64,000 nt of DNA from an uncultured delta proteobacterium (GTDB lineage: Bacteria; Myxococcota; Myxococcia; Myxococcales; Myxococcaceae): positions 1,952,001 through 2,016,000 of the forward strand of contig CAWCKH010000004.1 of NCBI GenBank assembly GCA_963796055.1, given 5' to 3'. Below, piece after piece: positions 29,936-40,057 of this stretch (the stretch's first letter is position 1; every line of letters starts with the position of its first letter). The position numbers and the translations under genes are program-made. A model generated the notes under the pieces. That model was not told the DNA's origin and did no database searches. It was given only the letters and a program-made list of their open reading frames with translations.

Positions 29936-30973
29936 TCAGGTGCCTGTTCGCAGGGCGTCCAGCGTCCGACGCATGAGCCGCCGGCGCACGGCGTCGCTCG
30001 TCGCTGGCTGGGGCCTCGCCCCCCGCACCGTCTGGGAGGGGGACTCGCCGAATACCTCCCGGTAGTAGCGGGAGAACCGGCCCAGGTGCCAGAAGCCGTG
30101 CCGGGTGGCCGCGTCGGAGACGTTGGTCGCCAGCCCGAGCACCAGCGCGCTGTGCACCTGGTGCAGCCGCGCCAGCCGGGCGAAGCGGACGAAGTTGATC
30201 CCGAAGTACTCCTCCACTGCGAGCTGGATGCTCCGCACTGACACATCGAGCTCCCGGGAGGCCGCGGCGAGCGTCACGGGCTGGGCTCCGGGGTCGTCCA
30301 GCTGGCGCCAGAGCCACTCCTCGATGGAGAGGGCCAGCGCGCGGCGGCGCGGGTGCGGCGCCTTGACCTCGTCCTCCGGGGAAGCGGCCCCCGACACCAG
30401 CATCAACCGGAGCAGGTCGAGCATGTCCTCCCGGGCGCGCTGGATGCGCTGTGGCTCGAGCGCCAGGTCCTCGTGCTGGTCCAGCAGCGAGAAGTACCCC
30501 TCGAGGAGCTGGCGCAGCGCCTCGGCGGTGGGCGTCTCGTTCAGCACCACCGGGGTCCGAGCGGGGGTCAAGAACGGGCTGCTCGCGACTCCCGCACTGA
30601 GCAGCGTGGCGTAGGCGCGACCCCCGGCCACGAGTTCGAAGGTACGCGCCTCGACTTGGTTGGAAGCCTCGAACTGGACCCCCGGCGGGGAGATGGCGAC
30701 CAGTCGCCGGCTGGCCGGAACTCCGCTCAGTCGCAAGCCACCCCCGTAGGGGAAGGCCACGTGGACCGCGTCCTCGGCGAGCGTGCCGATGAACCGAACC
30801 GCGCCCAGGATGCGGATGTGCTCCGCGTCCACGCCGTCGCCCAGGTGGACGCGCACGAACTCGTGCCGGAACCGTCCCTCCGCGAGCCGGTAATACACCT
30901 GCGTCCAGCCCGGAGATGGGTGCCGGTTGGTCTCGTCAATGTCCGAGGTCGCGAAGCGTTCGACCAGCTCCAT
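29936..30973 (-). CDS. AraC family transcriptional regulator (EutR-like)
   Basis: C-terminal VSVRSIQL..., RLHQVH..L, VSDAATRHGFWHLGRFSRYYREVFGESPSQT. Confidence 0.88.
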   Translation of the reverse strand: MELVERFATSDIDETNRHPSPGWTQVYYRLAEGRFRHEFVRVHLGDGVDAEHIRILGAVRFIGTLAEDAVHVAFPYGGGLRLSGVPASRRLVAISPPGVQFEASNQVEARTFELVAGGRAYATLLSAGVASSPFLTPARTPVVLNETPTAEALRQLLEGYFSLLDQHEDLALEPQRIQRAREDMLDLLRLMLVSGAASPEDEVKAPHPRRRALALSIEEWLWRQLDDPGAQPVTLAAASRELDVSVRSIQLAVEEYFGINFVRFARLARLHQVHSALVLGLATNVSDAATRHGFWHLGRFSRYYREVFGESPSQTVRGARPQPATSDAVRRRLMRRTLDALRTGT

Positions 30974-31275
30974 CCTGGCTCCCAGCGGCATAGACCACGT
31001 GTGCGTGTTCTGGATATCGCAACATCCGACATCTGGGTACGTTGAACACCTAACGAACGGACGGTGGCCTTGGGCTTCGGGAATGCACCGCGGGGTGGCG
31101 AAAAGGGGGGTCACGACGCCTGGAGACCAGGGGCGCCGGCACTGTCTCCTGCGTCGAGATTTCAGGGTTTTGGGGGCTTTCAACTCCCGTCTTCCCTCGC
31201 GGGCGTCCGTCATCGGAGACTCCGAGTGAAACGCGGAAGTCGGCAGCCGTGTAGGGTCGTGAGTGGGAGAGGGCG

Positions 31276-31977
31276 ATGACTCCAATCGCATCGGGACAGG
31301 GGACCGTGCAGCTGATCGAACGCAACGATCGCGAGCGCGAGGCGCTGCAGCTGCTTCTGGAATCGCTGGGCGTGCGGGTCGAGGTCTTCAGCTCCCTGGC
31401 GGAGCGTGCCGCGCGTGCGGTGGGCTCCGGCCAGTGCCTGCTCTGCGGGGTGGACGGGGTCGGCCCGCGGTGGCGCGAGTTCGACGACCTCCTCGGCGAG
31501 ATGGGCGAGGGGATGCCGGTGGTCCTGCTCGGTCGGGCCCCGCCGCTATCCTTGGTGGTCCGTGCCCTGAAGGCCGGCGCGGTGGACGTGCTCCGTAAGC
31601 CGGTCGACGCCCACGACCTCCGGCGCGCGGTGGAGGAGGCCCTGGAGCGGAGCGATTCGGAGCGGGTGCACCGCACGCGGATCCTCGAGCTCCGCCAGCG
31701 GCTGGACCGCCTCACCGCCCGGGAGCAGGAGGTCTTCGACCGGCTCATCACCGGCCAGCTGAACAAGCAGGTCGGCGCGGAGCTGGGCATCACCGAGCGA
31801 ACGGTGAAGGCCCACCGCGCCTCCATCCTCCGCAAGGTCGCGGTCGGCTCGGTGGCCGAGCTGGTTCGCCTCGCCACCACCCTCGAGTTCGCGCGCGAGC
31901 AGATGCTCGAGCGCGCCGGGATCGCCAGCAAGCAGATCCTCGCCACCTCCGACGAGGCGAGTCCGGTCACGGTGTGA
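31276..31977 (+). CDS. FixJ/LuxR-type response regulator with degenerate receiver
   Basis: ALKAGAVD.L.KP, LTAREQEV...GQLNKQVGAELGITERTVKAHRA. Confidence 0.87.
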   Translation: MTPIASGQGTVQLIERNDREREALQLLLESLGVRVEVFSSLAERAARAVGSGQCLLCGVDGVGPRWREFDDLLGEMGEGMPVVLLGRAPPLSLVVRALKAGAVDVLRKPVDAHDLRRAVEEALERSDSERVHRTRILELRQRLDRLTAREQEVFDRLITGQLNKQVGAELGITERTVKAHRASILRKVAVGSVAELVRLATTLEFAREQMLERAGIASKQILATSDEASPVTV

Positions 31978-31988
31978 GCGCGCGGGCG

Positions 31989-32020
31989 CCGGTTCCACCG
32001 ACCGGCGCTGCTGGAACCGG
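31989..32020. terminator. Hairpin between convergent genes
   Basis: CCGGTTCCA...TGGAACCGG 9-bp stem; no U-tract. Confidence 0.35.
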
Positions 32021-32037
32021 ACGCCTTCTTCGACCCG

Positions 32038-32223
32038 CTACTTGATGAGGCCCGACTTCTTCAGATGGGCCTCGATCTTCTCCGCCATCGGCCCGGCGGC
32101 CTTGTGGGCTGCCGCGAGCTGCGCCTCGGTGATGCCCCACTTCTTGGTCCAGTAGTCGACCTCGTGCTTCTGGGTCATCGCGACGCGAGCGGCGTCCGCC
32201 GTCCAGCTCTTCTTCTCCGACAT
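32038..32223 (-). CDS. DUF3606 family small protein
   Basis: D..RV.....HEVDYWTKKWGIT..QL.AA..AAGP; GGAGG RBS. Confidence 0.8.
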   Translation of the reverse strand: MSEKKSWTADAARVAMTQKHEVDYWTKKWGITEAQLAAAHKAAGPMAEKIEAHLKKSGLIK

Positions 32224-32418
32224 CGGAAACCACCTCCACCCCAGGGGAATCCCTGGGGGCGCCGGAGACCTAAGCAAAGCGAATCCCCCCGTTGCTGCTG
32301 ATCCTTCGGGCAAGCCGATGTGGCGAGCGGTGCCGAGCCCAGGAATGCGGGCAACCACCGGACACCGCGGGCGCCGGTGTGCTCGACCTCCACCCGGGGC
32401 CAGGGCAGCCTCGCCCCG

Positions 32419-33279
32419 ATGAGCCTCGATGCGCTCCTCACCGCCTCGCCGCCCTGGCCGCGCCGGGTGGTGTGCCTCACCGAGGAGACGGTGGAGACGC
32501 TCTACCTGCTCGGGGCAGCCGACCTGGTGGTGGGCGTGTCCGGCTTCGTGGTCCGGCCGCCCGAAGCGCGCCGGAAGCCGCGGGTGAGCTCGTTCCTGGA
32601 CGCCAACTTCGAGCGCATTCTCGAGCTGCGGCCGGATCTGGTACTGGGCTTCTCGGATCTGCAGGCGGACATCGGCCGCGAGCTGTGCAAGCGGGGCGTT
32701 CCGGTGCACCTCTTCAACCAGCGGAGCGTGGCGGAGATCCTCCAGGCGGTGCGGCTCACCGGCGCGCTGGTGGGCCGGGGCGAGGAGGCCGACGCACTCG
32801 CCAGCCGGCTCGGCGCGGGGCTGGCCCGGCACGCCGAGGCCGCCGCCTCGGTGCCCAGGCGCCCGCGGATGTTCTTCGAGGAGTGGCACGAGCCGCTGAT
32901 CAGCGGAATTCGCTGGTGCAGCGAGCTGCTCGAGCTGGTGGGCGGGGTGGACGTGTGCGCCGAGAGCCGGGCCAGCCACGGCGCGCAGGGGCGCATCTTC
33001 GCGCCGGAGGAGGTCGCCCGGCGCGATCCGGAGGGCGTGGTGGCGAGCTGGTGTGGGCGCAAGGCGAAGCCGGACAAGATCCGCGGCCGGCCGGGCTGGG
33101 CGGAGGTCCAGGCGGTGGTGAACGACCAGCTCTACGAGATCAAGAGCTCGGTCATTCTCCAGCCCGGGCCGGCGGCGCTGACCGAGGGGGTGGAGCAGCT
33201 CGCCCGCATCGTCACCGCCGTGGCGCGCGGCGAGCGGCTCGGCCGTCCGCGCGAGGGAGACCTCCGCTCGGCGGCCTGA
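32419..33279 (+). CDS. Cobalamin/Fe-siderophore-type periplasmic binding protein (BtuF-like)
   Basis: PRRVVCLTEETVETLYLLG, PDLVLGFSDLQ, FFEEW..P.I, ILQPGPAALT. Confidence 0.85.
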   Translation: MSLDALLTASPPWPRRVVCLTEETVETLYLLGAADLVVGVSGFVVRPPEARRKPRVSSFLDANFERILELRPDLVLGFSDLQADIGRELCKRGVPVHLFNQRSVAEILQAVRLTGALVGRGEEADALASRLGAGLARHAEAAASVPRRPRMFFEEWHEPLISGIRWCSELLELVGGVDVCAESRASHGAQGRIFAPEEVARRDPEGVVASWCGRKAKPDKIRGRPGWAEVQAVVNDQLYEIKSSVILQPGPAALTEGVEQLARIVTAVARGERLGRPREGDLRSAA

Positions 33280-33282
33280 GAC

Positions 33283-34071
33283 CTAGTCGCGCGCCTGGAG
33301 CGCCGGCCGGAGCGCGCGCAGCGTCCACAGCACGCCGAGTACTGCGAGGCAGAGCCCGGCGACCCACAGGTAGCGTCCGACCAGTGCGCTCTCGGTCCAC
33401 CCGTGCGTGTCGATCAGCACGCTGGTATCGGAAAGACCGCCGCCCTCGAACTGCCCGAGCGGAATCTCGCCCGGGTCGCGCCTCGCCGCCCACCAGGTCG
33501 AGGCAACGTCGGAGAACGCGGCCGCGCCGACGACCAGGAGTCCCCAGCGCAGCGCGCCCCGGCGAAAGGCAGACGTCTCGCCGCTGAACACGGTGCACAT
33601 GAGCAGGGTCCCGAGCACCATCGCCCCCGCGTCCCCGTCGAAGGCGATGAGCGCGCGCGCCTGCGGGCCCGGGAGGAGGAGCCCGAGCAGCACCAGGGTC
33701 GCCACCGCCGCGCCAGACGTCACCCAGGACCTCCGCCCGGCGCGTCTTCCGAGCACGACCAGGCTGGCCGAAGCACCGAGCAGCAGCCCCACCAGCACCG
33801 GGGAGCGGCTCCCCGCCATCGGGGTGAACCAGGGCAAGGGGAACGCCGGAAACCCGAGCGCCAGCGCGGTCAGGGCGTGTCCCAGCTCGTGCAGCGGCAT
33901 CCCGAAGAACATCCGCTGCAGCGCGTGCCCGAACGGGCTGCGAGAGAACAGCGCGGCGAGGATCAGCGCGAGCGGCACCGTGACGACACGGAGTCGCAGC
34001 TCGTCGAGCGGCTCCAGGGAGGGAGCGGCCGCACGCCGAGCGCTGAGCACCCCGGTCCCGGGTCGTCGCAT
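33283..34071 (-). CDS. Membrane metallopeptidase-like protein (HEXXH)
   Basis: LHELGHA motif, several TM segments, late SD motif. Confidence 0.65.
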   Translation of the reverse strand: MRRPGTGVLSARRAAAPSLEPLDELRLRVVTVPLALILAALFSRSPFGHALQRMFFGMPLHELGHALTALALGFPAFPLPWFTPMAGSRSPVLVGLLLGASASLVVLGRRAGRRSWVTSGAAVATLVLLGLLLPGPQARALIAFDGDAGAMVLGTLLMCTVFSGETSAFRRGALRWGLLVVGAAAFSDVASTWWAARRDPGEIPLGQFEGGGLSDTSVLIDTHGWTESALVGRYLWVAGLCLAVLGVLWTLRALRPALQARD

Positions 34072-34132
34072 CCTGACCACCACTCTAATCGAGAGTGGAA
34101 GCCCGGCCCGGATGCGGCAGACTGGCGGACGC

Positions 34133-34825
34133 ATGGCGCTCGTTCCGTGTCCGGAGTGCGGCAAGCCGATGTCCACCCAGGCGCCCTCCTGCCCGCAGTG
34201 TGGCTACGCACCGCAGGCTGCGCCGGCCCGGTTCGCGGCGGTGGGCGAGGCCACCACCCAGGAGGGTGGCCGGCGCACGGAGACGGTGGTGTGGGAGGGA
34301 AGCCCCTCGCTCAAGCTGCTCCTGGTCCAGGTGCTGCGGACCCTCATCGTCGCCGCGGCGGCGATCGTCGCTGCCATCCTGGTGCACCCGATGGCGGTCG
34401 CGTTCTTCGCCGATCTCTCCGCGGGGAAAGGCGGTCGGGGACCCCGCGACGGGTCTCCGGCGACGCTCATCCTCATCGTCCTGGTCGGCGCCTACTTGCT
34501 CATCCGGGCGGTGGTCCTGACGGTCTCCGTGCTGCGGCTCCGCTCGACGAGGTACCGGCTCACCAGCCAGCGGCTGATGGTCGAGCAGGGCATCCTCAGC
34601 CGCACGCTCGACGAGGTGGACCTCCGCACGGTGGACGACTCCGGGTTCTCGCAGTCGCCCCTGGAGCGGCTGCAGGGCATCGGCACGGTGTGGGTCATCG
34701 CCTCGGACCGGAGCACGCCCCGGCTCGCGCTGCGGGGAATCCAGGATCCGCGCGCGCTCCGGGAGGCCATCCGCGAGCACGCCTACCGGATGAGCCAGGG
34801 GCAGGTCTTCACCCGCTCCACCTGA
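34133..34825 (+). CDS. Zinc-ribbon + membrane + bacterial PH (bPH_2) domain protein
   Basis: CPECG..S..A..CPQCG; two TM segments; [17 protein letters not shown]. Confidence 0.8.
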   Translation: MALVPCPECGKPMSTQAPSCPQCGYAPQAAPARFAAVGEATTQEGGRRTETVVWEGSPSLKLLLVQVLRTLIVAAAAIVAAILVHPMAVAFFADLSAGKGGRGPRDGSPATLILIVLVGAYLLIRAVVLTVSVLRLRSTRYRLTSQRLMVEQGILSRTLDEVDLRTVDDSGFSQSPLERLQGIGTVWVIASDRSTPRLALRGIQDPRALREAIREHAYRMSQGQVFTRST

Positions 34826-34830
34826 CCGCA

Positions 34831-35277
34831 ATGCTCGAGGTTCTGCAGGCGGACATCACCACGCTCGGCGTCGACGCGATCGTCAACGCGGCGAACAGTG
34901 CGCTCCGAGGCGGCGGGGGCGTGGACGGGGCGATCCACCGGGCAGCAGGTCCGGAGCTGCTCGCCGCCTGTCGGCGCATCGGGGGCTGTCCGACCGGAGA
35001 GGCGGTGATCACGGCCGGCTTCCGGCTTCCTTCGCGCTTCGTCATCCACGCCGTGGGCCCGGTGTGGGAGGACGGGAGCCGCGGCGAGACGTCCATCCGC
35101 TCCATCGCCTTCCCCGCCATCTCCACCGGCGCCTACGGCTTTCCCCGCGAGCAGGCGGCGCGGATCGCGCTCGAGGTGATGCGGCAGCGGTCACCCGGAT
35201 TCGACCGGGTGGTGGCCGCGGTGTTCTCCGCCGCGGATCGCGAGCTCTACCTCTCCACGCTCTCCGGGCGCGGCTGA
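34831..35277 (+). CDS. Macro-domain O-acetyl-ADP-ribose deacetylase (YmdB-like), apparently with an in-frame internal deletion
   Basis: DIT...[48 protein letters not shown]. Confidence 0.85.
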   Translation: MLEVLQADITTLGVDAIVNAANSALRGGGGVDGAIHRAAGPELLAACRRIGGCPTGEAVITAGFRLPSRFVIHAVGPVWEDGSRGETSIRSIAFPAISTGAYGFPREQAARIALEVMRQRSPGFDRVVAAVFSAADRELYLSTLSGRG

Positions 35278-35324
35278 CCGGGCGTCGCGGGTCCTCCAGG
35301 GACGCGCGCCGCCGAGCCACGCGT

Positions 35325-36539
35325 CTACCCCTCGGGACGCACTGCGACTTCCCGTCCGCTCGCTGCCGCCGACCCCTGCACCACCAGGCCGACCAGCGCG
35401 CACCCCGCGCAGAACAGCGCCCAGGCCGCCAGCAGCCCGTGGTCGATGAGCAGCCCGGCGAGGGCGGGACCGACGATCTGGGCCACCGACTGAAGGGAGG
35501 TGTTGAGCCCCAGCACCACGCCCTGCTCGTTCCTTGCCACCGCCTGGGTCACCAGGCTGGTGAGCGCTGGCCGGAGCACGCCGGTGCCGAAGCTGCTGAA
35601 CGCCCCGGCCACCAGCAGCAGCGGCACGGCGTACACCCCCGCGAGCAGCCCGTAGCCCACGGCCATCGAGACGAACCCGGCGGAGACCAGCCAAGGTTCG
35701 CCGAAGCGTCGGACCAGGCGCCCGAGAAAGGTCTGCACCAGGATGCCGAGGAGTCCGGCGTAGGCGAAGACGAAGCCCACCTCGCGGACCTGGAAGGGGT
35801 GAGCGTTCCAGGTGAGCCGCCGCTCGAGGAAGAGCGCCAGCCCGCCGGTGAAGGTGGCGAACGCCATGACGAAGCAGAAGAACTGGAGCAGGAGACGTGA
35901 CAGCCCGGGCCGCTGGAAGTACTGCCCGTACTCACGCCAGGCGAAGAGCGAAAGCCGTCGGCCCGCCGGCCCGGCCGGGCCCTCCGTCGCCACCGGCCTG
36001 GTGGAGGGCAGGAGGAAGATGGTGGCCAGGATGCTCACCCCGGACAGCGCGGCCGAGAGGAGGATGGGAACCGCGAGCCCGTAGCCGGACAGCGCGGCGG
36101 AGATGGCCGGGCCGATCAGGAAGCCGATTCCGAAGCTGATGCCGATGACCGCGAACGAGCGGGTCCGGTTCTCGGGCTCGGTGACGTCCGAGATGTAGGC
36201 CTGCGCCAGGACGAGATTTCCGGCGGTGAGCCCGTCGATGATCCGCGCCAGGAACACCACCCAGAGCGAGCCGGCGCCGGCGAGCAGCAGCCGCGAGGCG
36301 AAGGTCCCCAGCTGCGAGAGGATGAGCAGCGGCTTGCGCCCGGTGCGGTCGCTCCAGCGGCCGAGGAACGGCCCGGAGAGCAGCTGGCAGAAAGCGTAAG
36401 CCGACACCAGGAGCCCCACGGCGGTGGGGCTCGCTCCCAGCCGCTCCGCGTAGAAAGGGAGCAGCGGCAGGATGATGGTCAGGCCGAGGATGTCGGCCAG
36501 GACGATCAGGAAGATGGGGAGGAGCGGCGAGCGCTTCAC
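35325..36539 (-). CDS. MFS transporter (TetA/DHA1-like)
   Basis: GRWSDRTGRKP motif A, ARIIDG, AYISDVT, G.GF.IGPA. Confidence 0.92.
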   Translation of the reverse strand: MKRSPLLPIFLIVLADILGLTIILPLLPFYAERLGASPTAVGLLVSAYAFCQLLSGPFLGRWSDRTGRKPLLILSQLGTFASRLLLAGAGSLWVVFLARIIDGLTAGNLVLAQAYISDVTEPENRTRSFAVIGISFGIGFLIGPAISAALSGYGLAVPILLSAALSGVSILATIFLLPSTRPVATEGPAGPAGRRLSLFAWREYGQYFQRPGLSRLLLQFFCFVMAFATFTGGLALFLERRLTWNAHPFQVREVGFVFAYAGLLGILVQTFLGRLVRRFGEPWLVSAGFVSMAVGYGLLAGVYAVPLLLVAGAFSSFGTGVLRPALTSLVTQAVARNEQGVVLGLNTSLQSVAQIVGPALAGLLIDHGLLAAWALFCAGCALVGLVVQGSAAASGREVAVRPEG

Positions 36540-36618
36540 GGGCCCTCCCCTCACACCAGAAGTCGCCCGCGGCGGCAACCCTGGGAGCGTGGAGCGGAGC
36601 GCCTGGAACCAGCGTGCG

Positions 36619-37713
36619 CTAGAGGGTGGGCATCCCCTCGTAGAGCGAGGCGGCGTTCTCCAGCCGTGCGCCCTTGCCGTCCGCCACCGCGAACTGCACC
36701 GCCTTGCCCGATGGACGGTGGCTCCACATCGAGGCCATCCCGTACGCACCGGCCTTCGAGACCGCGTAGAAGCTGATGGGGAAGCCGGGCCGACCCCGGT
36801 CGTCGAGCAGCCGCTTCTCCTTGGTGGTCTCGGCGATGCGCTTCAGCGCGTCGAGGCACGCATCCTTCGGCGAACGGCCGGCCCGCATCCGCTCGACGAC
36901 GAGGTGGCCCCCCGCGATCAGGATGTTCGCCTCGCCCCGCCCGGTGCTGCCGGCGGCACCCACCGCGTTGTCCACGAAACACCCGTCGCCGATGAGCGCC
37001 GAGTCCCCGACCCGCCCCGGCATCTTGAAGAAGAGCCCGCTGGTGCTGGTGCAGCCGGCGAGGTTGCCCCGCCCGTCGCACGCCGAGAGGTGCACCGTGC
37101 CGTGGCTCCGCGGGTCGCGGAAGGGATCCCTGCCGTAGTCCTGGATGAACTCCTGCACCTCGGGGTCGAGCTTCGACGGGTCCGGCTCGAGCCACTTGTC
37201 CTTGGACGAGAGGTTCTGCTTCCAGTACAGCCAGACCTTCCGCGCCCCGTCGGTGAGGAGGTTCTCCACCGGGAACCCGTTCATCTCCGCGAAGCGCCGC
37301 GCCCCCGGCCCCACCAGCAGGATGTGGTCGGTGGTCTCCATCACCGCCTTCGCCACCTTGCTCGGGTTCTTGATGCCCTCCAGCGCCGCCACCGCGCCGG
37401 CCCGTGCCGTCGGCCCGTGCATCACGCAGCTGTCGAGCTGCACGACCCCGTCCTCGTTGGGGATGCCGCCGTAGCCGACGCTCATGTCCTTCGGGTCGTC
37501 CTCCACCAGGTTCACCCCGGCGATGACCGCATCCAGGGGGTCGGCGCCGGCCTGCATGCGCGCCAGCGCCAGCTCGGCCGCCTTCAGCCCGTTCGCCGAG
37601 GCCACCACGACCGGCCGCTGCCCGGAGGGACCGCCCCCAGTCCCGGCAGAGCTGCCGGCGGCGGCGAAGGGGGCGAGCGCAGCGGAGGAGAGGAACAGGC
37701 GTCTGGACACCAC
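36619..37713 (-). CDS. N4-(beta-N-acetylglucosaminyl)-L-asparaginase / Ntn-hydrolase (Tat signal)
   Basis: SRRLFL; VEDDP..SVGYGG.P, LD..M.G, HGTV (nucleophile Thr), TSTSG..K.PGRVGDS; GGAGG RBS before GTG 37713. Confidence 0.9.
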   Translation of the reverse strand: MVSRRLFLSSAALAPFAAAGSSAGTGGGPSGQRPVVVASANGLKAAELALARMQAGADPLDAVIAGVNLVEDDPKDMSVGYGGIPNEDGVVQLDSCVMHGPTARAGAVAALEGIKNPSKVAKAVMETTDHILLVGPGARRFAEMNGFPVENLLTDGARKVWLYWKQNLSSKDKWLEPDPSKLDPEVQEFIQDYGRDPFRDPRSHGTVHLSACDGRGNLAGCTSTSGLFFKMPGRVGDSALIGDGCFVDNAVGAAGSTGRGEANILIAGGHLVVERMRAGRSPKDACLDALKRIAETTKEKRLLDDRGRPGFPISFYAVSKAGAYGMASMWSHRPSGKAVQFAVADGKGARLENAASLYEGMPTL

Positions 37714-37724
37714 GGTGGGCCCTC

Positions 37725-38103
37725 CTACGGCGAGCGGGGGACGATGCGGCTCCACATCGAGAGGAGGTTGCGCACGATCGCCCCGTCCGGGGAAGGCGCT
37801 GCCGGAGGAAGGTCGAGCTGGAGACCGTACGGCCCGAGGCAGTTGAACGGGTTGGCCGGGTCCTGGTTCTTCAGCGGCACCGCCGGATCCGCGGGACGGA
37901 AGCCGAGCCGGAGCGCTCTGCTCCTGCACCTCCCGCGAGCGCAGATGCTGGAGCCATGCCCGGCTCGCCTTCCGCTGCTCGGCGCCGCTCTTGCCCGGAC
38001 TCGCTCCCGGGGCGGAGGGCGCGGGCTTGCCGCCGGGACAGCCGCCGCAGGCAGAGAGCAGGACCAGCGCGGCGAGGAACGAGCGCAGCGAGGGGGAGCG
38101 CAT
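37725..38103 (-). pseudogene. Remnant of an extracellular solute-binding lipoprotein (probable internal deletion plus frameshift)
   Basis: Lipoprotein signal joined directly to an SBP-like C-terminus (AWLQHLRSREVQE/ALRLGFRPADP...VRNLLSMWSR) with a frame switch near 37918. Confidence 0.5.
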
Positions 38104-38261
38104 CGGCGGTGCGGAGCATGCCACGCCGGAGGCACCGGGAAGCACGACGTTTGCGCGGCAAGTCACCGAGAACCCCGAGGCGCCGCCCGTCGTTCGTCAC
38201 CCCGGGCGGACGGGGGCCCGGGTAGCATCCCGCCCCCGGGCGCACGACAGGGGAGGGGCAG

Positions 38262-39998
38262 ATGAGCGAAGCGCGGCGGTTCGTCGGGATGGTCCTGCTG
38301 CTCGCGAGCACCGGAGCGCTGGCCGCCGACGGAGAGCGGACCACGGTGGTGGCGGTGGGCAAGTGCGACGAGTCGAGCGCAATCGCCGCCCGGAGCTTCC
38401 GCTCTGCGCTCGCCGCGAAGCCCGGAGCGAAGGTGGCCTCGGAGGCGGAGACGGCGCAGCCGTTCGGAGGAACGACCGAGCGCACCCTCCCCGCGGTGAC
38501 CTCCGCCATCGCCTCGGCGCGGAGCGACTTCTACGGGGGACAGACCGCCCAGGCCAGGGGCACCTTGCAGGGCGCGCTGGACGACGTCACGCGCCTTCCC
38601 CCGTCGACCGCGCGGTGGGCCGCCGAGCGGGACGGGCTGACCTTGCTCGCGCAGATTCTCCAGAAGACGGATCCCAAGGGCGCCGAGGCGGCGCTCAACC
38701 GGGTATTCCGCGTCGAGCCCGACTACCAGCCGGACACCAGCAACTACCCGCCCTCGTTCCAGAAGTACGTGAACGGCATCCGCAAGACGGCGAAGAAGAA
38801 GGCCACCTCGCGGCTCGACATCACCACCTCTCCGTCCGGCAAGGCGGTGTACGTCGGCGGGAGGAAGGTCGGGGTCGGACCGGTGAGCGTGCGGGTGCCG
38901 CCGGGCGAGTACCGGGTGGAAGCGGAGTGGGACCACCGGGGTGCGGTGCGGACCATCACCGTGCCCTCCGCGCCGGTGGAGCTGAGCGCGGCGGTGGAGG
39001 GTGCGGTGTACCCGGACGGCGGGCCGTGCGTGGAGGCCTCCGAGCCGGTGGCGGCGCTGGCCCGCGCCGCGAGGCTCACCGGGGGCGGCCGGATCGTCGG
39101 CGTGCACCCCGAGTCGGCAGGTGAGGACAGCTTCGTGGTGGTGACCTCGGCGAACGCGCAGGGGCAGGACGTGCGCGAGGCCCGGGTGAAGGTGCAGCCC
39201 GGCGCTCCCACCACCGAGGCGCTGGGGCTGCTCGCGGACTGGGCGGTGGCGGGCGGGGAAGCGGCTCCTCCGGTGGAGGTCACGCGAGGACCGGGGGCGA
39301 AGCCGCTCGCGGTGGCCGCGGGAGCGGCAGGAGCCGCGGCGGCGGAGAGCCCGGCGGCGAGTGCCGCGCCCACCCCGGCGGCGAGCACCGAGTACGACCC
39401 CAACGGCACGCACTTCGAGGCGTCGCTGCGGGTGGGGTTCGGCATCCCGCTGGGCTCGGTGCTCGATGCCTCCGGGTCGACCTTCGCCGGGAGCACCAGC
39501 ATGAGCGACTACGCCTCCTTCACCATCCCGGTGATCGTAGACGTCGGCGTCCGGCTCTCCGGCACGGTCTTCCTCGGTGCGTACTTCTCGTATGGATTCG
39601 GCGGCTCCACCGACGCGGCGACCTGTGGCAGCGGCTTCAACTGCTCGCCGAGCACCCTCCGCTTCGGCGGCGAGGTGCACTGGCATCCGCTCGGGAGCGC
39701 CGGAACGGACCCCTGGATCGGCCTCGGCTCGGGGTACGAGAAGCTGAGCATCGGTGTCAGCGGCGATGCCACGGGGACGCTGGCCTTCAGCGGCTGGGAG
39801 TTCGCCAACCTCCAGCTGGGGATCGACTTTCCTCTGGGAGGGGCCTTCCGGGTCGGACCCTGGGTGAGCTTCTCGATCGGTCAGTACGGCTCGCTGACCG
39901 CCACCGGCGGGAACGGGGGCTTCACCGGCGGAGACATCAATCAGAAGGCGATCCACGAGTGGCTGATGGGAGGCATCCGCCTGGTCATCCTGCCCTGA
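38262..39998 (+). CDS. PEGA-domain protein with C-terminal outer-membrane beta-barrel
   Basis: Signal peptide; LDITTSPSG..VYVGG...PGEYRV (PEGA); C-terminal barrel ending HEWLMGGIRLVILP. Confidence 0.75.
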   Translation: MSEARRFVGMVLLLASTGALAADGERTTVVAVGKCDESSAIAARSFRSALAAKPGAKVASEAETAQPFGGTTERTLPAVTSAIASARSDFYGGQTAQARGTLQGALDDVTRLPPSTARWAAERDGLTLLAQILQKTDPKGAEAALNRVFRVEPDYQPDTSNYPPSFQKYVNGIRKTAKKKATSRLDITTSPSGKAVYVGGRKVGVGPVSVRVPPGEYRVEAEWDHRGAVRTITVPSAPVELSAAVEGAVYPDGGPCVEASEPVAALARAARLTGGGRIVGVHPESAGEDSFVVVTSANAQGQDVREARVKVQPGAPTTEALGLLADWAVAGGEAAPPVEVTRGPGAKPLAVAAGAAGAAAAESPAASAAPTPAASTEYDPNGTHFEASLRVGFGIPLGSVLDASGSTFAGSTSMSDYASFTIPVIVDVGVRLSGTVFLGAYFSYGFGGSTDAATCGSGFNCSPSTLRFGGEVHWHPLGSAGTDPWIGLGSGYEKLSIGVSGDATGTLAFSGWEFANLQLGIDFPLGGAFRVGPWVSFSIGQYGSLTATGGNGGFTGGDINQKAIHEWLMGGIRLVILP

Positions 39999-40057
39999 CG
40001 GCCGCTGGCCGCACCGGGGTTGCTCGCCGGACCGCGAGGCGAGACTCTGCCCGCCCC

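Noticed and set aside
32225..32418. Cobalamin riboswitch upstream of the BtuF-like gene
   Set aside because: Only a CCCCAGGG/CCCTGGGG hairpin is present; the conserved B12-box motifs are not found.
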